DNA of 64,000 nucleotides from Pseudomonadota bacterium (GTDB lineage: Bacteria; Pseudomonadota; Alphaproteobacteria; Paracaedibacterales; CAIOTO01). Positions 1 through 10,820 of this stretch are shown here, piece after piece; the stretch's first letter is position 1, and every line of letters begins with the position of its first letter. The notes under the pieces were generated by a model. It searched no databases and was not told the DNA's origin. It saw only the letters and a program-made list of their open reading frames with translations. The translations under genes and the position numbers were made by a program. The stretch spans positions 4,022 to 68,021 of the forward strand of contig JAZKAK010000048.1 of assembly GCA_040389165.1 (NCBI GenBank), read 5' to 3'.

Positions 1-935
1 TCGTCACGCTAGGCGCGGAATTTATTGCGAATGAGCGCCCTTTGGTCGTGTGTTACAAAAGTCAATTTTATTGTCCGATATTCAAGAATTATCCCGAAAC
101 AACGTTTGGCGGCACATTTGAAACCAACACAAATTATCGTGATAATTTTGTAAAGGAATTGATCAAGAAGGATGGCTGGATGATTTTCCCGCCGATTCCG
201 TATAGTGCTTCAACAGTAAACTATAACTTATCGGTGCCGGCCCCAGCCCCACCTTCAAGCGACAACTGGTTCGGGACAGACGATCAAGGACGTGATGTGC
301 TGGCAAGATTGCTCTATGGGTACCGTATTTCCATTTTATTCGGTCTTTGTTTGACGTTTTTCTCAGGGGTTATTGGTGTATTCATGGGGGCGATGCAGGG
401 CTACTTTGGTGGTCGATTTGATATGATTACGCAACGTATTACCGAGATATGGGCTGGATTGCCGATCCTCTATTTGTTAATGATTTTGTCCAGCATGATA
501 GAGCCAGGTTTTGGTTGGCTTTTAGGGATTATGTTGCTTTTTGGTTGGATGATGCTGTCGAGCGTGGTACGCGCCGAATTCTTTCGAACGCGATCGCTTG
601 ATTATGTGCGTGCTGCAGAGGCGCTAGGTGTGCCAACATTTCGTATTATCGTGCGGCATATTTTGCCAAATGCCATGGTGGCAACAATTACCTATTTGCC
701 TTTCATGTTGAATACGTCAATTAGCACGTTGACGGCGCTTGATTTTCTTGGATTTGGATTGCCTCCGGGTTCAGCATCTCTTGGTGAGTTGATCACGCAA
801 GGAAAGAATAATATTCATACGCCTTGGTTGGGGATCACAGCTTTCTTTTCAACTGCTTTTTTACTGAGTCTTCTTGTCTTTATCGGCGAGGCGGTTAGAG
901 ATGCATTTGATCCGCGAAAGACGGCTGTTCGTTAG
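1..935 (+). CDS. yejE: ABC transporter permease, YejE-like (oligopeptide/microcin C type), 5' end cut by window edge
   Basis: The frame stays open to the window edge (from nt 3: VTLGAEFIANERPLVVCYK...). YejE-type N-terminal segment AEFIANERPL...YPETTFGG. Multiple hydrophobic TM stretches. Permease loop RAAEALGVPTFRIIVRHILPN. Stop at 933-935. Confidence 0.8.
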   Translation, partial: VTLGAEFIANERPLVVCYKSQFYCPIFKNYPETTFGGTFETNTNYRDNFVKELIKKDGWMIFPPIPYSASTVNYNLSVPAPAPPSSDNWFGTDDQGRDVLARLLYGYRISILFGLCLTFFSGVIGVFMGAMQGYFGGRFDMITQRITEIWAGLPILYLLMILSSMIEPGFGWLLGIMLLFGWMMLSSVVRAEFFRTRSLDYVRAAEALGVPTFRIIVRHILPNAMVATITYLPFMLNTSISTLTALDFLGFGLPPGSASLGELITQGKNNIHTPWLGITAFFSTAFLLSLLVFIGEAVRDAFDPRKTAVR

Positions 936-1044
936 AGCATTCTTTTATTTAATTGAATGTAACTTAGTACGAATAAATTATGAATATTAAAATATTCACA
1001 CCTATTAACTAAATCTTAATATTTAACTGTTTTTATATAAACAT

Positions 1045-1773
1045 ATGATTTCCTTTTTTGGAGTATGTATGTTTGCTATGCATAGATTGAAATTTTTATT
1101 ATGTGCGTGCGTGTTTATATTGGGTGCAAATGCATCATCTTTTTGTGCTGGTGTATATGCTGGCGAACTTGTTTTTTCCGAAGCTGAAATAACTTCGTTG
1201 TTCAGACGGGCTGAAATCGATGCTCACAATGAATCTTTAAGATCATCAGATCGGGATTTGAGTACTAATCTTCATATAAATGGGGATAAATTAAATACCT
1301 CAGCGTTACGTATAACTTATCTTAATAAGCATCAAGCAATTTTATCTGATTGCCATGCTCGGCTTGTGCCAATATTGGCAGAAATTTCTCTGCGTCAATT
1401 TGATGAGAATGTGCACGCACTTGACCCTCACGTTGTGGCAAATCTAGATAATTTATTGAATATTGCGCAATCGCTTGATATGGGAAGAAACGTTCCACTA
1501 ACCGAAGCAAATGGGCTTGTGAGAAGCTTTGGTATTGTGTCAGATGTTCATTTGAATCAATTATGCGCTGGGTTTGATGCACGCCATAGTGAATTATTTT
1601 CACGTGTAGCAACGTTGGCGCATGATCTTGATGTTCAAAGAGAGTCTAATATTGGAATTGATCAGTTAATCACAATAACAGATAATTGGACAACGCAGGG
1701 CGGTTGCTTTCAAGGTAGACGTAATCGTTTGTATGTAGCATTAGCATCGATGATGGCAAATATTGGGGTGTAA
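1045..1773 (+). CDS. hypothetical protein with N-terminal hydrophobic signal-like segment (orphan)
   Basis: 242-aa ORF. N-terminus LKFLLCACVFILGANASSFCAG resembles a signal peptide. No motif recognised. The start codon is uncertain (several in-frame Met). Confidence 0.45.
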   Translation: MISFFGVCMFAMHRLKFLLCACVFILGANASSFCAGVYAGELVFSEAEITSLFRRAEIDAHNESLRSSDRDLSTNLHINGDKLNTSALRITYLNKHQAILSDCHARLVPILAEISLRQFDENVHALDPHVVANLDNLLNIAQSLDMGRNVPLTEANGLVRSFGIVSDVHLNQLCAGFDARHSELFSRVATLAHDLDVQRESNIGIDQLITITDNWTTQGGCFQGRRNRLYVALASMMANIGV

Positions 1774-1897
1774 TACCAATTTCACTAACTTTCGATTAGT
1801 ATAGCCTACTGCGATATCTGCGCTGCTCGCATACTTCAGTATGTTCCGCTGCTCCAATCTTGCAGTCTTTCTACTCGAAGCTTTTTGAAAATGGTAT
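1773..1897. repeat. palindromic element, family C (uninterrupted copy)
   Basis: Terminal inverted repeats ATACCAATTTCA ... TTGAAAATGGTAT. The interior aligns with the outer element at 23596..23892. It starts on the last base of the upstream stop codon (TAATACCAATT). Confidence 0.7.
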
Positions 1898-2030
1898 AAG
1901 CAAAAGATGTGCATGAGGCATCACACGCGTACACTGGCCAGGTAAATTGGTAATCCCTTATTGCTATTGCTAAAAATGAGATAAGCATCACTAATTGCTT
2001 TTGTTTTGCAATGCATTCTTGTAGTATTTT

Positions 2031-2876
2031 ATGGAAATTACAAGAAGTTTGATGAAATCTATGAATTGCCTTTTATTACTCGTGCGAATGAGTTGCGTGC
2101 TGTTGTTAGCCCACGTATGTCTTGTCGATGTTGTGCATGCACAAAAGCAGGAAATATCAAAAAAGTCTGGATTTATTGATGAAGCGTTTGATGACGAAGA
2201 TGATGGTGTTCTGGATGAACCTGATCCTCTTGAGCCTCTTAACCGTGTAACATTTGGTTTTAACCGTATTATTGATGGATTGTTGTTAAAGCCTATAGCG
2301 ACTCTTTACGATACAACTGTGCATGAGACGGGTAAGGTTGGTGCTCTAAATGTTGTGGATAATGCGTTTGCTCCGGTTGTATTTATTAATCATACTCTGC
2401 AGGGCGAGGGCGAGAAAGCATGTCGAACGGTTTTTCGCTTTGTCATTAACACAACAATTGGCTTTCTGGGGCTTGTGGACGTTGCGTCGGAAATGGGATT
2501 GCCAAAAGAACCAACGACCATGAATGAAACGTTTGCAACATGGGGGGTTGGAACGGGGCTTTATATAGTGCTGCCACTCCTTGGGCCATCATCCTTCCGT
2601 GATGCGACGGGTAAGTTGGGTGAGTATTATTCGAATCCATTATACTATATTGTCAATAACAAACATCGCACACACAATCATCATAGGCAGCAGGCGTATA
2701 TCCTGAAAGTCTTGTATGGCTTGGATGCAATCGATCGTCGTCGTCAAGTGCTGGTTGGCTTGCGCGATTTAGAGCGTATGTCGAGTGATTTTTATGTAGG
2801 CATGCGCAGTGTGTACTTTCAAAAACAGGAAGCTATGCAAAAGCAAATAGCTGCGCGTAAACAGAAAGCGAAGTGA
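2031..2876 (+). CDS. mlaA: MlaA/VacJ family outer-membrane lipoprotein
   Basis: Core PLEPLNRVTFGFNRIID...FVINTTIGFLGLVDVASEMGL...ETFATWGVGTGLYIVLPLLGPSSFRD matches the conserved VacJ/MlaA block pattern. Hydrophobic N-terminus. Confidence 0.8.
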   Translation: MEITRSLMKSMNCLLLLVRMSCVLLLAHVCLVDVVHAQKQEISKKSGFIDEAFDDEDDGVLDEPDPLEPLNRVTFGFNRIIDGLLLKPIATLYDTTVHETGKVGALNVVDNAFAPVVFINHTLQGEGEKACRTVFRFVINTTIGFLGLVDVASEMGLPKEPTTMNETFATWGVGTGLYIVLPLLGPSSFRDATGKLGEYYSNPLYYIVNNKHRTHNHHRQQAYILKVLYGLDAIDRRRQVLVGLRDLERMSSDFYVGMRSVYFQKQEAMQKQIAARKQKAK

Positions 2877-2960
2877 TGGGGGGGATGAAAACTCGAAGGC
2901 TGTTTTCGAAATTTCATGGAAATCGCCAGCAAGCATTTTTGATTTAAATAATAGCTGCTC

Positions 2961-4130
2961 TTAACGATCAATCTCGCCAAACACAATATCCATTGACCCA
3001 ATAATCGCGACTGTGTCAGCTAAGAAATGCCCTTTTACGAGAAAATCCGTTGCTTGCAAAAAGGCAAAGCCAGGCGTTCGAATTTTGCATCGGTACGGCT
3101 TATTACTGCCATCGGCAACTAGGTACACACCGAACTCGCCTTTGGGCGCCTCGACTGCTGTATACACTTCACCTGCGGGCACATGGAACCCTTCGGTATA
3201 GAGCTTGAAATGGTGAATCATAGCTTCCATCGATTGCTTCATGGCTTCGCGCTTTGGGGGCACAACCTTGGCACAATCGGCTAACACAGGGCCATACGGC
3301 ATGCCATCAAGGCACTGCTGGACAAGACGCACACTTTGACGCATTTCCTCTACTCGCACCAAATACCGATCATAACAATCGCCATTGCGCCCAATAGGCA
3401 CGTCAAACTTTAGTTGATCATAAATTTCATACGGCTGCGATTTACGCAAATCCCATGGCACAGAGCTGGCGCGCAACATTGGGCCAGATAAGCCCCATTT
3501 CAAGGCATCTTGTGGTGATATCACCCCAATATCAACCGTGCGTTGCTTGAAAATTCGATTGTCCGTGAGCATTGTTTCAACGTCATCAATGATTTTTGGA
3601 AATCGCTTTGTAAACACGCCAATTTCAGCAAGCAAGCCATCCGGTAAATCCTGATGCACGCCGCCGGGGCGAATATATGCGCTATGCAGTCTGGCACCTG
3701 ATACTTTTTCGTAAAAGCCCATCAAGGTTTCGCGTTCTTCGAATACCCACAAAAATGGCGTCATGGCACCAACGTCCAAGGCGAATGTTGCGATATTCAG
3801 CAAATGATTTGCAATACGCGAGAGTTCTGAAAACATGACGCGAATATATTGCGCACGAATGGGGACAGCAAGCCCAAGCAGTTTTTCAATGCCCAGCACA
3901 AACGCATGTTCTTGATTCATGGGCGATACGTAATCAAGCCGATCAAAATAGGGAATCGCCTGCAGGTATGTTTTATTTTCAATCAGCTTTTCTGTGCCAC
4001 GATGCAAAAATCCGATATGCGGATCTGCACGCTGAACAACTTCACCTTCGAGCTCCATCACAAGGCGGAGCACGCCATGTGCTGCTGGGTGTTGCGGGCC
4101 AAAATTAAGTGTATAGGTTTGCTGGGTCAT
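2961..4130 (-). CDS. nuoD: NADH-quinone oxidoreductase subunit D (49 kDa)
   Basis: [39 protein letters not shown] and C-terminal DIVFGEIDR are canonical NuoD blocks. ATGA start/stop overlap with nuoC. Confidence 0.95.
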   Translation of the reverse strand: MTQQTYTLNFGPQHPAAHGVLRLVMELEGEVVQRADPHIGFLHRGTEKLIENKTYLQAIPYFDRLDYVSPMNQEHAFVLGIEKLLGLAVPIRAQYIRVMFSELSRIANHLLNIATFALDVGAMTPFLWVFEERETLMGFYEKVSGARLHSAYIRPGGVHQDLPDGLLAEIGVFTKRFPKIIDDVETMLTDNRIFKQRTVDIGVISPQDALKWGLSGPMLRASSVPWDLRKSQPYEIYDQLKFDVPIGRNGDCYDRYLVRVEEMRQSVRLVQQCLDGMPYGPVLADCAKVVPPKREAMKQSMEAMIHHFKLYTEGFHVPAGEVYTAVEAPKGEFGVYLVADGSNKPYRCKIRTPGFAFLQATDFLVKGHFLADTVAIIGSMDIVFGEIDR

Positions 4131-4768
4131 ATATCCCCCTTGGTGACGGCGGTGGGTGTTGCGAGTGAGACGGGCATTTCAGGTGGCAGTTTATTTCCAA
4201 GCGTCCCTTCCCATGGACTGAGAAAGTCAAAGCTGCGATATTCCTGTTGCAACTTCACAGGCTCATAGACAACGCGGCACTCCTTCTCGCAATAGCGTAC
4301 CTGCGTATAGCCTGTTACCGGAAAATCTTTTCGTAACGGGTGCCCTGAAAAATTATAATCCGTTAAAATACGTCGGAGATCGGGATGTTCTGAAAAAGGA
4401 ATGCCGAATAAATCCCAAACTTCGCGTTCATACCAGTTGGCACAGTTAAAGACTTGCGTTGTGCTGGGCACGGATGAGCCTTCTTCGACGTTAATTTTAA
4501 TGCGAAGTCGTATGTTCTGTGAAAGGCTTAATAGGTGATAAACTACTTCAAATCGTTGTGTTCGTCCGGGATAGTCAACGGCCGTAATATCCATGAGCTG
4601 TTTGAATTCACAACTATGGTGATCACTTAAAATGGTTAACACCCGTATAATTGATGCGGGATACACAACGAGTGTTACCTCACTCAACTGGTGATGCACA
4701 GCTATTAAATCAGGCCCAAGAATTTCCCTAAGCACCGAGGAGAGTTGATCAAAACGAACGACGTCCAT
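4127..4768 (-). CDS. nuoC: NADH-quinone oxidoreductase subunit C (30 kDa)
   Basis: [19 protein letters not shown] and [38 protein letters not shown] are canonical NuoC blocks. Confidence 0.95.
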   Translation of the reverse strand: MDVVRFDQLSSVLREILGPDLIAVHHQLSEVTLVVYPASIIRVLTILSDHHSCEFKQLMDITAVDYPGRTQRFEVVYHLLSLSQNIRLRIKINVEEGSSVPSTTQVFNCANWYEREVWDLFGIPFSEHPDLRRILTDYNFSGHPLRKDFPVTGYTQVRYCEKECRVVYEPVKLQQEYRSFDFLSPWEGTLGNKLPPEMPVSLATPTAVTKGDI

Positions 4769-4871
4769 GTGAATTTACCTTTTATATACATGAATAGTAT
4801 ACGGCGCGCGCGAGAGTTTGGGAATGGGTTAGTTTGTGGGTGATCGTCAATGGAGTATCTGAGTGCTTCAT

Positions 4872-4904
4872 AAAACAGGGGGCCGTTTAATGCTCCCCTG
4901 TTTT
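4872..4904. terminator. symmetric hairpin flanked by A- and T-runs (bidirectional-type intrinsic terminator)
   Basis: AAAACAGGGG-gccgtttaatgct-CCCCTGTTTT. It lies just downstream of the 873-aa gene (minus strand) and upstream of nuoC. Confidence 0.6.
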
Positions 4905-4912
4905 GATAGATA

Positions 4913-7534
4913 TTAGGACAAATACGGAGAAACCCACGCAAATAATGCGCTATTACGTTGTTCTAATTCCTCACGTTTTATGTTGCGAAGGCAATCAGTA
5001 TCACACAGTAATACTTCTGCAGTTTTCCCGTGTTCTCGCATTTGTGTTACAATATTAAAAACATTCAATAATCCGTTAGTATTGTTAATATGATGGAATG
5101 ATATTTTATCAACTGTCCCTGGTATTTTTTGCACAAAATTACTGATTTTTTCTGAGGGCATGACCAATGTTGTCTCAAAAGAATGCTTGTTTTTAGACAT
5201 TTTAAAACTAACTTGCTTTAATTTATTCAGCCCCGATAAATCAAAGAGTTGTTCGTCACTGCTCATGAAAGGTACGTCATGTAATTCTAGTAGATTTTCA
5301 AAGTATGATATTTCACATGCGATTGAATCACTATGATTTTCAATAGTAAGAAATTTTGCTCTCTTCATAAACTCGATTGCTAGCTCTTGTGCTTCACGAA
5401 TGCCATGTTGATCATTTAACTTTCTGTATAATATTTCAATCAATGTCTTATTGGAATTTGCATACCTCTCTGTAAAAAGCTTAGGTGCTGCGTCAGCCCA
5501 TTTTAGAGCCTCTCTTGGTGTTTCTAAATTAGTGTAATAGAAAAAAATAGCTTTAATATGGTTATTAATAAGATCAGTTTTTTCAGAAACATCATTATCT
5601 CGCGTGATTTTATTAAATAGGCTTCGTAATAATGGCAGCGAACGATGGCTGCCTAACACATGCGATTTGATTAGCTGGCGATAACTAAGAGACTGCAAGT
5701 CATTTTCCATTAAGAATTTTGTTACTAAAGGTTCTGTTCTTAATGCATTTGTTGAAAACTCAGAATAATGAGATTTTAAATCAACATATAAGCCTAATTT
5801 AAGCAAAATAGCTTCTGCTTCTTTATCACTTTTTGTTCGTGATAGGTCATATTTGGAAATAGAATCAATAGGTCTAAAATCCCATTCAAACTGCTCGCCA
5901 TCTGTTACAGGCATATAAAAATTACCAGTAAAATCATTGTTGTTAGAGCTTTTTCTGATATCCACACATCGAATGGAACCAAAAGTCAAATGGCCACCTG
6001 TCAAGTCAGTCATAAGCATTCTAAACGCGTTTTGTGTGTATTTTGATAAAATAACATCTGTTATTCTGTCTCCCATTGAGCGGAAATGCGAAGTTAACCA
6101 CCCCCACGTTCCTTCCCATTCCATGCTCTCACTACTTATTAGCGGTTCGTCAGGATGTTTACCTATCTCTGCCAAAATCCTAAACATATTAAGAATACCA
6201 GGTACCATCTCTTCGGTATTTGTTGTATCCATAAATCGTTTTGATGGTGAGTAATAATGAATGCCAGGAATATTTGCTAAACGCTTAGCCCACTCAGTGC
6301 GACTCCTTGGGTCATGTGGTGATATATGCTGAAATTCTGTGTAGTAATCACGAAGGATGCTACCCTCTTTCCAAAAAGTTGGATCAAAAGCTTCATCCTT
6401 AAAACAAAAGAAATTAGTCATGTTGCGTATAGCTGTTTCGACATAATCAGGCATCGGTCGACCATTAACGATTGTCATGCGCGATTTAATAAGAGGCACA
6501 TTTTGATCATCTAACATCAAACGATCACGATAGATGTACGCCCATATATCGTCATAACGCTTGCCTGCATAAAATCTTCTCAACGCTATTGGATTTTCGA
6601 TAATCGGCTTGATCCGCTTACGCATATCTGCATGTTTTATGTCAGTAAGCGGGCTTTCCTCTGGAAATAAAAATCTAACATCCTCTATGTTTTTTGTTTT
6701 TTTCCACGCATACGTTGCCACAACACGATCAAGCGTACCTGTCGCGTAATCTCCGGTCCTCTCTTGCATAAATGCAGTCAAAAATGAGTTGGCAAGCAAA
6801 TAGCAGTAAAAATCATTTTGCGTGACTGCTTCAGCATCAGCCTGCGCTTGTATTGTGTCCCACCAAGAACCTTGCCCCATTAGTGATTGCGTTAAAATCA
6901 CGCCGTCTTCACTTTCCAAAAGACCTTCTTTGAGGATGCCTGATTCAATTAATTCCTCTAAAATTTTGTCATCATCTTCATGGCGTTGCAGATGTTTGCT
7001 TCGAGCAGTTTCACCGAATTGCGAAATAGAATATGTATTGATTTCTTGTGCTATTAGACCTCTTGCCGATGGTGATAAATCCCGATGAAATAAGGATGTA
7101 AATACCGCCCAGACATCCATTTCTCTGCCCTGCCGCATAGACATTAATGTTCTATAAAATTGTTGTGCATTAGTGTTTGTCACTGCATCTAACATTTGAT
7201 TAACAGTTAAGTAATTTCCTGTAGTGGAAGGAAATAAGAAATGCACAAGCTGAGTCATAGCATCTTTTGCAAAACTGCAATCTTCGGTTGCTAAAACTTG
7301 ACTGTGGTAGTTAGAATCCCATTGATCATGACTTACGACGAACCGTAGGTTCGATACAAAATCTTCATTGATAAAACGATACAGTGGCGAAAAATAACGA
7401 CTATATGACGTGTCGCGCGTTGAACGCTCTTCAAATGCCTCAATAGACTGAGCATCAATATGTGCATGATTCATGGCATACGTAGACGTAGATAGCAATA
7501 AAACACAACTAGCAAAAAATCGTTTCATTTTCAT
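4913..7534 (-). CDS. large secreted orphan protein (873 aa from MKMKRFF start)
   Basis: The long ORF is 4913..7585. I prefer the ATG at 7534 because MKMKRFFASCVLLLSTSTYA|MN is a classical signal peptide. No known domain recognised. The gene looks more AT-rich than its neighbours (visual impression only). Confidence 0.6.
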   Translation of the reverse strand: MKMKRFFASCVLLLSTSTYAMNHAHIDAQSIEAFEERSTRDTSYSRYFSPLYRFINEDFVSNLRFVVSHDQWDSNYHSQVLATEDCSFAKDAMTQLVHFLFPSTTGNYLTVNQMLDAVTNTNAQQFYRTLMSMRQGREMDVWAVFTSLFHRDLSPSARGLIAQEINTYSISQFGETARSKHLQRHEDDDKILEELIESGILKEGLLESEDGVILTQSLMGQGSWWDTIQAQADAEAVTQNDFYCYLLANSFLTAFMQERTGDYATGTLDRVVATYAWKKTKNIEDVRFLFPEESPLTDIKHADMRKRIKPIIENPIALRRFYAGKRYDDIWAYIYRDRLMLDDQNVPLIKSRMTIVNGRPMPDYVETAIRNMTNFFCFKDEAFDPTFWKEGSILRDYYTEFQHISPHDPRSRTEWAKRLANIPGIHYYSPSKRFMDTTNTEEMVPGILNMFRILAEIGKHPDEPLISSESMEWEGTWGWLTSHFRSMGDRITDVILSKYTQNAFRMLMTDLTGGHLTFGSIRCVDIRKSSNNNDFTGNFYMPVTDGEQFEWDFRPIDSISKYDLSRTKSDKEAEAILLKLGLYVDLKSHYSEFSTNALRTEPLVTKFLMENDLQSLSYRQLIKSHVLGSHRSLPLLRSLFNKITRDNDVSEKTDLINNHIKAIFFYYTNLETPREALKWADAAPKLFTERYANSNKTLIEILYRKLNDQHGIREAQELAIEFMKRAKFLTIENHSDSIACEISYFENLLELHDVPFMSSDEQLFDLSGLNKLKQVSFKMSKNKHSFETTLVMPSEKISNFVQKIPGTVDKISFHHINNTNGLLNVFNIVTQMREHGKTAEVLLCDTDCLRNIKREELEQRNSALFAWVSPYLS

Positions 7535-7583
7535 GCGTAAATCCTTATTTATTATACATAATTTATTAAAAACTTTATCTATC

Positions 7584-7620
7584 AAAAAAAAAGAGAGCCA
7601 TTGCGTGCCCTCTTTTTTTA
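7584..7620 (-). terminator. intrinsic terminator downstream of pepA
   Basis: Minus strand reads GAGGGCA-cgcaa-TGGCTCTC (6 bp including one G-U) followed by a T-run of 9. The plus strand shows A9 ... T7 symmetry. Confidence 0.5.
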
Positions 7621-7663
7621 TTCTGACTCTCTAACGTTTTAGACTAGCCAACGTTAATCATCT

Positions 7664-9151
7664 CTATTTCTCGTAATTCGCTTCAATAAATGCATCTAAC
7701 AAGCGTACGCCGAACCCCGTCGCACCTTTGCCCGAAAGTGGCTTATCTTTTTTATCCCATGCCATGCCAGCAATATCAAGGTGCGCCCATGGTACATTGT
7801 TCACAAAGCGTTGCAAAAATTGCGCAGCAGTAATACTGCCAGCGCCGCGACCTGAGCCGACATTTTTCATATCAGCAATATCTGAATCGATTTCTTTGTC
7901 AAATGCTTTTGTCAGTGGAAAGCGCCACAAAGGTTCACCAACCGTTGTGCCAGTCGCAATCAACTTATCGGATAGCGCGTCATTATTTGCAAAAATCCCT
8001 GCAAATTCAGAACCCACCGCAACTGTAATCGCGCCCGTTAGTGTCGCTAGATCGATCATCACTTGTGGCTTAAATCTGTCTTGCGTATACCAAAGTGCAT
8101 CTGCCAAAACCAAACGTCCTTCAGCATCTGTGTTTACAACTTCAATGGTTTGCCCTGACATGGATACAACTACGTCAGCTGGGCGTACAGCGGAACCTGA
8201 AGGCATGTTTTCAACCATACCCATCACGCCAACAACATTCATCTTTGCTTTACGAAGCGCCAACGTTTTCATGAGTCCGATGACAACACCAGAACCGCCC
8301 ATGTCATATTTCATATCTTCCATATTGGCAGATGGCTTTATAGAAATTCCACCGCTATCAAACGTCACGCCCTTGCCAACGATTGCGACAGGTGCTTCAT
8401 CTGTTTTGCCGCCATTCCATTGAATAACAATAAGCTGCGATTCTCTGGCGCTTCCTTGACCTACGCACAGTAACGAGTTCATCCCAAGCGCTTTCATTTT
8501 GGCTTCGTCGAGTACTTCAACCTTAAGGCCAAGTGCGGTAAGCGCCTTTGCTTGCTCAACCATTGTTTCTGGATAGATCACATTTGGTGGTTCACTTACA
8601 ACATGACGTGTCAAAAAGTTGCCTTCATTTGCCGCATGCAAACGTGCAAAGGCAGCGGTCGCATCGTCTGGTGCATTCGTGCGTGCAATCACATGGGTTG
8701 GCCCCTTTGGCTTGTCACCTTCCTTGGTTTTGTATTTATCAAAACGCCAGGAACGAAGTTCGATTCCACTTACAAAGCGTGCGAGACCATTTGCGTCTAA
8801 GGGGATCTCTGGCAGATCAACAGTTAACGTATCTTGTGTGCTGCGCGCGACGGTAGCAAATACTTTAGCGCCCGCTTCTTCGAGTGATTGTGCTGTTGCA
8901 TCGGCAGCTTTGCCAAAACCAATAAGAATAATATGGGAATAATCAATACCATGAGGTGCGGAAATCGAGAGAACTTCGTCTTTCTTTCCTTTGAACGATC
9001 CGCCGTCAATTGCACGTTGAATATGATTTTGTGTTTGCGTGTTAACTTCACCTGTGCGCGTGAACAACGTGTTGTTTTCAAACGTACCAAGGACAAGAAT
9101 TCCTTTTGGTTGTGTTTGAGGAACGGTGTTTAATTCGAAGGATACCTGCAT
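7664..9151 (-). CDS. pepA: leucyl aminopeptidase (M17)
   Basis: M17 signature NTDAEGRLVLADAL. Metal-site context VGKGVTFDSGGISIKP, DMKYDMGGSG. Confidence 0.93.
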   Translation of the reverse strand: MQVSFELNTVPQTQPKGILVLGTFENNTLFTRTGEVNTQTQNHIQRAIDGGSFKGKKDEVLSISAPHGIDYSHIILIGFGKAADATAQSLEEAGAKVFATVARSTQDTLTVDLPEIPLDANGLARFVSGIELRSWRFDKYKTKEGDKPKGPTHVIARTNAPDDATAAFARLHAANEGNFLTRHVVSEPPNVIYPETMVEQAKALTALGLKVEVLDEAKMKALGMNSLLCVGQGSARESQLIVIQWNGGKTDEAPVAIVGKGVTFDSGGISIKPSANMEDMKYDMGGSGVVIGLMKTLALRKAKMNVVGVMGMVENMPSGSAVRPADVVVSMSGQTIEVVNTDAEGRLVLADALWYTQDRFKPQVMIDLATLTGAITVAVGSEFAGIFANNDALSDKLIATGTTVGEPLWRFPLTKAFDKEIDSDIADMKNVGSGRGAGSITAAQFLQRFVNNVPWAHLDIAGMAWDKKDKPLSGKGATGFGVRLLDAFIEANYEK

Positions 9152-9248
9152 GTGTCAATTTTCCTAAAATTAATGTATGTGATCATTATAAGGGGTGAAA
9201 TTAGGCTTTGCAAATGAAGATGCGTCTATGAGATCGCAGCACTCACTT

Positions 9249-9446
9249 ACGCAGTGCTCACGTTTTGTATATTACGTTTTTTGTCATTGTCATTCCCTCT
9301 TGGCTGTGAATCCAGAGAAAAATTGAATTCAAAACGATAAATTTATATAATTAAAAAGACTGGATCCCCGCCTGCGCGGGGATGACAGCGACTTTTAAAA
9401 CAATTTTAATCCTTGCAAACAAAAAATGAAAAACGTGAGTGCTGCA
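9249..9446. repeat. palindromic MITE-like element, family A
   Basis: TIRs ACGCAGTGCTCACGTTTT (9249-9266) and AAAACGTGAGTGCTGC (9430-9445). Internal hairpin module CTGGATCCCCGCCTGCGCGGGGATGAC. A partial extra TIR copy (CGCAGCACTCAC) lies just to the left. Confidence 0.7.
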
Positions 9447-9458
9447 TTCATTTCGTAA

Positions 9459-10583
9459 TTAGAGAATTTGCCGTAAGAAACGAATGGCGGCTTTCTTTGA
9501 AAAGCTGCTTTCGCTGTTATGTAAAATAACAATGCCAACTTTTCGATCAGGAGAGAAAGCTAGAAAGTTTTTGAATCCTTTAAGCCAGCCACCATGATAG
9601 ATGATGCGTTGGTGATCAATATCGAGAATACGCCAGCCGAGCCCATACCAGGCATTTAGGTCAGCGCCTACCGCCTCTTCCTTAAACCAACCAAGCGCAT
9701 CTTTCGTCGGTGCAACGGGTGTGTGAAAAGGTGATAAATCATGTGTACTAATCAAATTCTCTTGTCCATTAATATGGAGAAATAAGAAATTTGCCATGTC
9801 ACGAATACTGGCGTTGATGCCACCGGCGGATGGGACATGCGCATGATAGAATTGTGATAAAGACGAGCTCGGTGCAAGGGATCCCTTTTTAGTAATTTGA
9901 TGTGGCCAAGCTTTGTTTGCGCAGCTTTCAAAGGGGATGTATCCACAACTTGCGCGCGTCATGCCAGCAGGGTTAAATAGGTAGTGCTGTAAAAGATTTT
10001 CAAAAGGCGCCTGATTGGTATGTTTTATGATGTCCTCTAGCAGGCTAAACGCTAAGTTATGATAATCAAAAGTTTCTCCGGGTGTGTTTTGTGTGTGAGA
10101 AGATAGATCATTTATAAGCGTTATTCGCGCGGTGTTAGCCTCTATTTTATTATTCCATCCTGTTCGCGCATAGCCACTGGTATGACTGAGCAAGTGACGC
10201 ACGGTTGTGTCTGATTGAATCCAGGGCAGATGATATTGAACGGCTTGATCAAGATTTAGTCTGCCATTTCTTTGCAGAATAGCAACTAAGGTGGCTGTGA
10301 TAGGTTTTGAAATAGATCCCAATTGGAAAACGGTATCAAGGTCAATGGGATAGCCCTTTTTGCCTTTGCTCATTTTCCGTACGCCAAAAGCGTTCATGTA
10401 AACGATTTGATCATGATCAATAATGGCGACGGCGCAGCCGGGAATTTTCTTTGTTTTGATGAGCTGTTCAATATGCTGTGTGAGTGCTTTTATGGAGACA
10501 GATAACGTGTTAGCAATGGCGATGCAAGGCAATATGAGTAAAATAACGAAGAATGTACGAATATAAGTGGCCCTGCGCGTCAT
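9459..10583 (-). CDS. serine hydrolase, beta-lactamase/class C-like family, secreted
   Basis: SxxK motif in LGSISKPITA, downstream LLSHTSGY block, N-terminal signal FFVILLILPCIAIA. Confidence 0.8.
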   Translation of the reverse strand: MTRRATYIRTFFVILLILPCIAIANTLSVSIKALTQHIEQLIKTKKIPGCAVAIIDHDQIVYMNAFGVRKMSKGKKGYPIDLDTVFQLGSISKPITATLVAILQRNGRLNLDQAVQYHLPWIQSDTTVRHLLSHTSGYARTGWNNKIEANTARITLINDLSSHTQNTPGETFDYHNLAFSLLEDIIKHTNQAPFENLLQHYLFNPAGMTRASCGYIPFESCANKAWPHQITKKGSLAPSSSLSQFYHAHVPSAGGINASIRDMANFLFLHINGQENLISTHDLSPFHTPVAPTKDALGWFKEEAVGADLNAWYGLGWRILDIDHQRIIYHGGWLKGFKNFLAFSPDRKVGIVILHNSESSFSKKAAIRFLRQIL

Positions 10584-10820
10584 ATAAACTGCTCATCTTT
10601 CAGTATCAAATGGATTGTGACAGGATAACGTGATTCTGTCTTTTAAACCATTGGAAAATCGTGCTTCTTAATATTCGTTCTTCTAGCAGTAATAAAGTGT
10701 AGCCAGCATGAAAAATGCCAGTTATTATTGAGTGAAATATGATAAATTTTATCATAAAAAGAAAGATAATTAGATGATAATTTTCTATTCTTGAACATTA
10801 ATTTCAAAGGAGAGTAAAAT

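Noticed and set aside
4705-4941. 78-aa minus-strand ORF spanning the nuoC start and the upstream terminator
   Set aside because: It overlaps nuoC in another frame and runs through the terminator hairpin, so it is spurious.
7728-8942. Several plus-strand ORFs (231, 102, 82 and 107 aa) inside pepA
   Set aside because: These are shadow ORFs antisense to a confidently identified gene, with Ala/Ser/Pro/Arg-rich nonsense composition.
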